DNA from: Octopus vulgaris
Taxonomy: Eukaryota
NCBI GenBank assembly: GCA_951406725.2
Contig: OX597818.1
Span: 32,302,001 to 32,366,000 of the forward strand
Reading direction: 5' to 3'
DNA: 64,000 nucleotides
The notes under the pieces were generated by a model. That model searched no databases, was not told the DNA's origin, and saw only the letters and a program-made list of their open reading frames with translations. A program made the translations under genes and the position numbers. Positions 55,084 through 64,000 of the stretch are shown one piece after another. Position 1 is the first letter of the stretch. Each line of letters starts with the position of its first letter.

Positions 55084-55516
55084 AACAATAATATGTAATT
55101 GGAAGGTGATTAGGGCACTATTTCTAGCAGTTAGAGCGACCACGTAGATGGATCACGGAGAGGCGCACAAAACAATAATATGTAACTTGAAGGTAATTAG
55201 GGCACTATTTCTAGCAGTTAGAGCGACCACGTAGATGGATCACGGAGAGGCGCACAAAACAATAATATGTAATTTGAAGGTGATTAGGGCACTATTTCTA
55301 GCAGTTAGAGCGACCACGTAGATGGATCACGGAGAGGCGCACAAAACAATAATATGTAATTTGAAGGTGATTAGGGCACTATTTCTAGCAGTCAGAGCGA
55401 CCACGTAGATGGACCACGGAGAGACGCACAAAACAATAATATGTAATTTGAAGGTGATTAGGGCACTGTTTCTAGCAGTTAGAACGACCACGTAAATCTA
55501 TCACGGAGGGGCGCAC
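55084..55516. repeat. 87-bp minisatellite, ~5 copies, derived from the end of a family F element
   Basis: Units start at 55084, 55171, 55258, 55345 and 55432. Upstream 54955-55083 carries the rest of F (atcaagcagacctatgatgaaatgcattcc). Confidence 0.93.
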
Positions 55517-56553
55517 TATCTGACTCGCACTTCTGCGTTGCTACTGTTCATTAAAGAGCTCTCATTGCAACAGGGGTGACTAGCAAGCGATATATACACG
55601 ATTTGAGTCCCGTCAGCAAGCCTGTTAAAGAGTGAAATTTTCTTTTTATTCCCTGCTTATACACAATGTCAAATACGACTGATACTAAATTTAAATATCT
55701 TAGAAGTTGAATAAGGGTAGAGTATTTAAACAAGATTGGTTATCTAGCAAGTGAAAACTGTATAGTTACTCTTAAGATAGGGTGCCTGTTGACAGATAGT
55801 AGAAATCTTGAATAAGAGGATTGATTGCCTGTTGTTTGACCACTGAAATGCCGAAGTAGAAATTACAATATGTTTACTATCCCAAATATGTAGTTCTCAA
55901 GACTGACAGATGGGTTCCCAGTGATCTCACGTCTCAAAGATGATTGCGTTACAAACTCCTGTTTAAAAAGCTCAGCTATAGTCATATACCCTTACATACA
56001 CACGGGTAAACAAACAGTCAGACAGAGAAAAACACAGACATACCAAATGCAAATTTAACGCATTGAATGGTCAATTCATTTATCTTAAGGGGTATCAGAT
56101 GAAACAGCAGCAGACAACAACAATGTAAAACAATCTACGCTTACCTACGCATAAACACACAGAGGTACATAGTTACTTTCGCCCTCTCACAAAACCATTG
56201 TATATACACACACAAAAAGAAAGAAAAAAAAAAGCATGTGTCATCGAAGATGGATGGTTTTTTAATCTGGTTAGTTTCATAATATTTATTCTAAGCAGTT
56301 TGAAAGGAGGAAATACTTTAGACCGGATATTATTCCCGACCATTCCACTCTGACATTTACTTAGGTAGGTATCTGGTGCCAATTGGGACAGGTTAGACTT
56401 ACTTGCAGATAAAATAGCCACATTGTTATTTAGGTATGTCTATGTCTATATACATATGGCCGTACATATAGGTTTATACTTTCTAACGTGCGTGCATACA
56501 TACATACATACATATACTCACACACGCATACACACATACTTACAAGCATATAT

Positions 56554-56599
<46 letters not shown>

Positions 56600-56697
56600 G
56601 TGAATGCATGTGTATTTGTGTGTGTCTGTAAATATACATATATACATGCTTGTGTATGTATGTGCGTACATATATATATATATATATATATATATGT

Positions 56698-56755
56698 TCC
56701 AGCATGGCCGCAGTCAAATGACTGAAACAATAAAAGGATAAAAGAGTAAAAGAAT
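56698..56755 (+). mobile_element. SINE family B (or partner LINE) 3' tail fragment
   Basis: tccagcatggccgcagtcaaatgactgaaacaataaaaggataaaagagtaaaag directly after (TA)n. Confidence 0.8.
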
Positions 56756-56915
56756 ATGTACACATTCACACACGCACACATATATATATATACACATACA
56801 TACATTCACACTCATGCATACTCCAGAACAAAACAAGAAGTGGGGCAACTGCGACAAACTGAATTCTCTGGAGATAGATAGATAGATAGATAGATAGACA
56901 GACAAACAGACAGAC

Positions 56916-56991
<76 letters not shown>

Positions 56992-59536
56992 GAGAGAGAG
57001 AGAGAGAAAGAGAAAGAGAGAGACCTGAGGTTGTATTAACCGGCGTGTTTGTTTCATTGTAATTAAGCACACTGTGTTTTGGAGAATATACGTATGTTTA
57101 TTTGTATTTGTACGAAATACAAATATTCATTCAACGCCTTATGAATATTTTTATTTACGTATCTGTTTTGTCTAGTCTAATTCTTTAAACATGCATACCC
57201 AGTCACACATATTCACATACATTCTAAATATTTGTCTTTGTGCTTTTGCATTCATAATCTCTATTTATTCACAGATATGTTCAGTTGCTTCCTTACTATT
57301 GTACAATTGTGTTTGCACAATCAGACACATGCGCACACATACAGAAATGACGCTTGGTCTGTGCTTGCATATATGAATTTATATACAAGTATATTTACGT
57401 TTCTGTTTTGTATTTTTTTTTTATATAGTTCGCAGGGGAGACAAAAACTAGTCCCTAAGTGAAATGTATCTTTTGAGTTAAAGATTTTTTTCTCTATTTA
57501 TTTCAGAAATCGAGTTGCACTGATAATAATTTGAAGAAAAACTAAATATTTACTTTAGATAGCGGAGTTACGTACAGTTTTGTATTTCCTTAACTAAATT
57601 CAACATGAAATGTGTAGCTAATTTGCTCTTTATTTATTCACATAATTATATCTTTGAAGGTTGCAGCTAGTGATTGACTGGATTTATGGTTTATTTCAAT
57701 TTGTATTTCTATCATAAGCATCATTGTGGGAGAATAATTTAGATGGTTCGATTAATAATTGATTATTTATGCTTTTACATTTTAATTGAATTTTAACTCT
57801 TATTCAGTTTTATGAAAACCTTGCGGAGCTGTGTCCTAATATACTAATTGTTGCCATCAATTCACTTCGTACCTATTTCTTATGTCTTAAGAATGTATGG
57901 ACATCACTTGCTTTGATTCTATTTCTCGTGGGCTTTATAACTTAGAGATAATTATTTCGAGAGTTTACTAAGTGTAGGTAATTTAGAACAAAGGACGGAG
58001 GTATTAGTTAAAAGGATCTCATACATAGGCCCCACTGCCCTCAATATTTAACTAACATATGGCCTTTTGTTATGTTCATGTTTTTCTCAGTGGCATTTGA
58101 AAATGATTAAATAGATATGATTACGGTAAAGAAGCAAAATCGAGAGAACGCAGCTCAAATTTGCTACTGAATTGCAGCTATTTCATTTCACTGACGCTAA
58201 TACTCTCGAGAAATGCATTAAACCGAAAGCAATTTTATAGCCATATATAAATCTGAATCTATGTATCTACGTAAGAAATCAATATAAGTAAAAGAGGAAT
58301 AAACTTTTGATATTGTACGCCGTTACAATATTATATTTCATAAATATATTGTATCACACTATTGAAGTTTTGATAAAGTTGTCTGGGATCAAAGGTTATA
58401 TTATTTTTATAATAACCTATTACCGACAATATGTTAGTTGAATGCTTATTACTTAAATGTGAATTTGATGGATATGAGATTTGCAGAGATAAATGAAGAT
58501 GAGGACTGTGTGTGTTAGTGTGTGTGCGTACGTCTGTGAGAGTGTGAATATATCGGTTATGATTTTAGTAAAGATAAACATGGTAGGCTAACGTATATAT
58601 ATATATGGCTCATACGTATACACACTGCTATTTTTTCTACTTCTTTGTACTCTAGTTCTGCTTACAATTAAGTACACTTCTATTATATAAAATCAGAGAG
58701 CTATTTTGTATCAGTCTCTAGATATATTACGAATATCTCTTTCTCATAGGATTATATAAAATTATATGTAATTAATCCAGAGAATATTCCTATAACATGT
58801 ATGACAGCATTTATTTGTTATTGGAAAAATTTCAAGAAAAGGAATAGTTCACCTGTACTAAACTTATTAAAGTATATGAGAATACATTTTGTGAAAGAAA
58901 TTTGTTGTAGAAAAATATTAATTTTTCTTTGTGCTATTTTGGATGCAAATTGCAAGATATTATAAAGATGGAACCAAACTATAAGAGTGTACTTGATTTT
59001 CTTGCATTCCGAGAACTATCATTATATATATATAGTAAGACTTCGTGAAACTTCCAAATTTCCACACGTCTAGCAAAGTAAACAGTGAAAATACCGTTCA
59101 TATTGTTAGCAATATATAATTTTTGTTGTCATGGTTATCGTTCGACTCAGTGTGTGTTTATCCTAGATCCGTATTGTTGCTTCTGAGGCAAAAATGATTT
59201 TGCACAAAAGAATACGAAATAAAAACAATACAGCGCAATACACGAGAACTAGAATGATTGGAATTCAAAATTGGTTTCATAACATAATAAGATTAAAATG
59301 CATTTTTATCTTCTGGAAGATCAAAGGGAATTTATTCATATATTTATTCATTCATTTATTTTCAGTTCAAGTGTTCAGTTAATCTATCTTTGTGTTGATT
59401 TTATCGTTTTAGGTAATTTTATTTTTTATAGCTTTATGAAAGAAAACATGGAAAGGTTTCTTTGATCTCGCTAACCGACTTTAAATAGTTTAAGTATATT
59501 GCATGAGCTTGTGTTTTTATCCCCTTCATTCGTGAC

Positions 59537-59574
<38 letters not shown>

Positions 59575-59705
59575 CATGTATGTATGTATGTAAGTATGTA
59601 TGTGTATGCATGCATGCATGTACATACATATATACATACACACTCATATACACAAACATTTATGCATGCAAAGATACACACAGGTCCTCTATATATATGT
59701 ATGAG

Positions 59706-59763
<58 letters not shown>

Positions 59764-60915
59764 AGTGTGTGTGTGTATGTATGTGTGTGTGTAGGTGTGT
59801 AGGTGTGCGTGCGTACTGTAAGGATGCATGCTTGCGCACGTTATCTTTGCAAAATAGCAAAATACGAAATCAAATCTACTGCAAGCCATATCGGTAGCAA
59901 TATCTCATCTTCAGCATATTTGAATTAAAATGTTAATAAATAATATGCGTTTGAATGGAATTTCTTTGATGTTTGGCAATACTATTCTCTTTTTTTTTCT
60001 TTATTACAAAACTCAATTCACTTCACTTTACGTTACTTTCTAAATATCTTTCTTATATGATAGAGACTAAAATGAAAAGTATCATCTCACTTTTTCTATT
60101 TTTGTGATTTTTGATACAATTCCCTGATGACGATAAGACGTTTTAAAACTCTCACTTTCAGAAAGATCCAATACGTCGTTCAGTTACTAACTAGGTAGTT
60201 CATCTTGGAAACTAGTGATACTGAAAGTAATTTAAGCAGTAGTATAGACGTGTTCGGTAATAAGCTACATAACATTTTTGCAAAGGATGTAATAGAATAT
60301 CTTGGTGCTTTTGAATTTAGGTGTTCTCGGCTCCGAGGAACAGGTTGATCAAATAAAATTATCTAACGCTCACGTATCAAAACCCGACAACAGATAGTGA
60401 TGGCTCCATAAAACAAAGTTAAATTTGAAAGATTTTGCTGTAGTTTTTACTTATTACTTATGGCAATCAATGTAGTCTGGCTTCTACATCTCTCCTGTCA
60501 CTTCACTTGTAATTCATACACTTGTTAGTAAGCACAAGACGACGAGGTACACATGAGATTTAATGACTATTAGTAACGTTTGGGCGAACTGCAGAAGCTC
60601 ACAACATCTGACAAAATTTAACAGTGTTTCTTAGAGATAGATGTTTCTTCTAATCTTCACTTCCACCACATATCCGAAATAATGACTTATTTTCATATTG
60701 AAACAGACAAGATTTGGTTTGTGGCAACAAAGAACTGTATCTTTTAAGCGATAAATATAAGATCTCTTAATGTGAAGACAGAACCATAAACATTGCACAA
60801 ATTACCTGAATTACCTGATGCAATTTATAGGAACCTCTGTTGAAAATATTTGATCTGTATCTAACAATATAGGTTCTTAGAATTTATTTACTTAGCTCCT
60901 GTCTACTGAGATAAA

Positions 60916-61296
60916 GGAGGCGCAATGGCCTAGTGGTTAGAGCAGTGGACTCGCCGTCATAGGATCGCGGTTTCGATTCCCAGACCGGGCGTTGTGAGTG
61001 TTTATTGAGCGAAAACACCTAAAGCTCCACGAGGCTCCGGCAGGGGATGGTGGTGATCCCTGCTGTACTCTTTCACCACAACTTTCTCTCACTCTTACTT
61101 CCTGTTTCTGTTGTACCTGTATTTCAAAGGGCCGGCCTTGTCACTCTCTGTGTCACGCTGAATATCCCCGAGAATTACGTTAAGGGTACACGTGTCTGTG
61201 GAGTGCTCAGCCACCTCCACTTAATTTCACGAGCAGGCTGTTCCGTTGATTCGGATCAACCGGAACCATCATCGTCGTAACCGACGGAGTGCTTCC
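60916..61296 (+). mobile_element. SINE family C, tail type 1, full length with TSD (tRNA-Arg-like head; resembles octopus OR-type SINEs)
   Basis: ggaggcgcaatggcctagtggttagagc (A box), ggtttcgattccc (B box), loop ctcgcc-type anticodon region. 11-bp TSD ACTGAGATAAA at 60905-60915 and 61297-61307. Confidence 0.92.
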
Positions 61297-62792
61297 ACTG
61301 AGATAAAACAATGCAAAGGGAAAATTTTTCGCCCTTGAGACCAAGATCTTTTACTGATTTAAACTATTAAACGAAGGAGCCTCTACGCAACTGTTTGGCA
61401 TGCTAAAAATAAGGACACTTTTGTACCATACAATTCAAGATTTCTAAAAAATATTGGCTCGCATTCTTGTTGGTGGTTTGCTGACCTTGAGCAAGTCTAC
61501 TACAACTTCTACTATTAAACTACTAACATGGAGAACAGCAACCTGAAAAATGTTATGTAGAACCTTGTATGATAATCCAATGATATTCGTACGAGTTTCA
61601 CCGCATAGCTATAAATCAACTTCATACCTCATAAAACACACAAAATACCTGGCTATTTCTTTATAGACATTAATAGACCTGGGTTCTTTTAATGCAGATA
61701 AATACTGTTGATGTATATATTCCCTTCTATCTCGATTCTCTTAGTATAAATAAATAGTCTTTCTAGAATAGTCACAGCAAATGGAAATTGTTTTCAAAAG
61801 GTACCTGTTGTTTCTATTTGTTTTTGTTAGCATTCTGTTTGGTTGTCTTGCAATCTGTTTTCAGGAAAATAGATTTTATTTACCATACACAGAGTTCTTT
61901 GTTTGCCAAGCTTTCTGTGAAAATGTACACATACACATGCGTCTATAGGTGTTAGATATATATATATATATACGTGCTTGTACATATGTGTGTGCTGGCG
62001 CGCGCATATTTCCCCATGTGGTTTGAAGATTTCGTTTTTCTGACGTTTGATTCCCAGAAGACAACTTTGGCGTGTATATAGCTAGCTGCTGGTTGTTATA
62101 AATCTACTCTACCTTCTTGGCTTATTGCTGACTCTTTCAACACTTATACATACACAAAAACTTAGCACAACAAATGTGTGTATAAAGTAATGTATTCATA
62201 TGTTTCTAAAAAGACTCAACAAAAATTACTTTAACTTCACTTTTATTATTTAAGCGCGTGCGCACGTATATGCATACAATCATAAAAGCAAACAAACTAT
62301 ACAGAAAAAGAAAGGCATTCTTTTGAGTCCAAATATGGTTACATATAGGCATGCACATCAGCAGACGCACGTGCGCGCGCACACAAACCATACCCTCATA
62401 TACATTCACACACAAACACACTTCACTTGAATCTACAGTGACATTTATAACATTCTTTACATACAGACTTGTATAAATACACTACACATAAATCATGTCC
62501 GTGTGTGGATGTATTGTATGTATATATGTATGTGTGTATGTATGCGTGCATGTATGTGTGTCTATATATGTATATATATGCATATGTATGCATATATATA
62601 TATATACGCATATGTATGCATGTATATATATATACACATATATACGCATATGTATGCATATATATATATGTGTGTGTGTGTGTATATATGTGAGCGCTTA
62701 TGTGTGTGTGAGAGAGTGTGTATAATATATATTACATATATATTATATGTATGCATCTATACAAATATATGTATGTGTGTGTATTGCATATA

Positions 62793-62846
<54 letters not shown>

Positions 62847-62865
62847 GTGTATGCGATATAATATG

Positions 62866-62906
<41 letters not shown>

Positions 62907-62925
62907 GTGTATGCGATATAATATG

Positions 62926-62970
<45 letters not shown>

Positions 62971-63191
62971 TATAAGCATATATATATATATATATATATA
63001 AGAATGTATAGTCACACTGGCATATATAGTCATACATACACACACCGCATATTTCTCAACATAGTTTGTTAATGTACTAAAGAATAATATATATCAGTAT
63101 CCCGAACAATAATACTTATAACTGTTACTAAGGAAATGCCCACAAATTTTTAGTGCATATACGTACACACAAACTCACACATTTTGTGTGT

Positions 63192-63244
<53 letters not shown>

Positions 63245-63703
63245 TTTATGCCTTCTGTCAAAATTTTATTTAAATAATTATTTATTCTGCTTATTATTCT
63301 TTCTTTTTTTTTTCTATTCACTTTTTAATACTCATATGCTAAAGATAATGAGTAAATCCGACTGAAAAAAAAATCTTTTAAAAATGTATTTTCACTAATT
63401 GTATTCTATTCCACTCCGTTTGTAGCCTCCTTCTCTCGTGTCTCTCACTTAATTTGGTTTCTAATGGTTTATATTTCCTTTAAGATAATGGAAAACTCCA
63501 TCTCTGCACTTTTTAATGTAGTCATATTTTAGCAATCTTTAGCTTATACAGAAATCAGTATTTCTTTCGCAATAATAATTCTCTAAAAGGGATATAGACA
63601 GTAACTGCTCGATAACATAAGGGACTAAAGCCATCTGAATATGGCTAGGGACAGGGCAGGGTGGTGGGGGTGTTACTATTTGGGTAAAACGTGAATATGT
63701 ATA

Positions 63704-63880
63704 TTTTTTCTCTCCTTGTTTCTTTCTGTGTTTCTTTTCTGTGTATCTTTCTGTTGAAGAGCGTAGGCTCGAAACGTAAAAGACTTGTTTTATTTATATT
63801 CCTGAGCGCCATATTAATACAATTGTTTGTTTGTATTCCACCTGCCTTCGTCTTTTGTTTATATTCATAAAGCTTCCCGT
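63704..63880 (+). mobile_element. Family D short element with hammerhead-like motif, ending in (TA)n
   Basis: Homologous to 53451-53648; 3' end abuts a (TA)n run. Confidence 0.75.
63746..63783 (+). ncRNA. Putative minimal type I hammerhead ribozyme variant
   Basis: Stem I TCTTT/AAAGA; core CTGTTGA (canonical CTGANGA); extra A; stem II GAGC-gtag-GCTC; GAA; palindromic ACGT stem III; candidate cleavage after GTA. Confidence 0.5.
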
Positions 63881-64000
63881 TATATATATATATATATATA
63901 TATATAGGGGTAGATCTATGTACGTATAATATATGTGTGAATGTGTATATATACATGAGTATATATATATATATTCTTTTATTCTATTGCATGTTCCAGC

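Noticed and set aside
55084-55516. Possible CRISPR array
   Set aside because: Whole 87-bp units repeat with no unique spacers, there are no cas genes, the context is eukaryotic and the unit derives from a dispersed repeat.
60123-60150. CTGATGA as a hammerhead core
   Set aside because: No stem II followed by GAAA downstream.
60916-60990. tRNA gene
   Set aside because: The tRNA-like part continues into a ~380-bp SINE body bounded by a TSD, and the acceptor and anticodon stems do not pair properly.

Overview
AT-rich, microsatellite-dense eukaryotic non-coding DNA (intron or intergenic). The repeat repertoire suggests a cephalopod, probably Octopus; this is inferred from recognition of the repeat types, not from a search. 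No host protein-coding gene can be supported, and nearly all listed ORFs are translations of simple repeats or SINEs. The only recognisable protein remnant is a GIY-YIG endonuclease fragment of a Penelope-like retroelement (11945-12337). The rest comprises at least three tRNA-headed SINE families (my labels A, B, C), an old dispersed repeat (F), a non-autonomous Helitron, two hAT MITEs and a short element (D) carrying a variant minimal hammerhead-ribozyme-like motif. Local rearrangements include a ~260-bp fold-back palindrome flanked by a 10-bp direct repeat, a ~215-bp templated insertion, a 5x87-bp TE-derived minisatellite and a 92-bp tandem duplication. The best candidate for an unusual system is a set of (TA)n-associated elements (Penelope fragment, hammerhead-like D elements, partially tandem SINE-A1) that may share Penelope-type mobilisation. 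That link is a hypothesis. Boundaries of degenerate copies are approximate.
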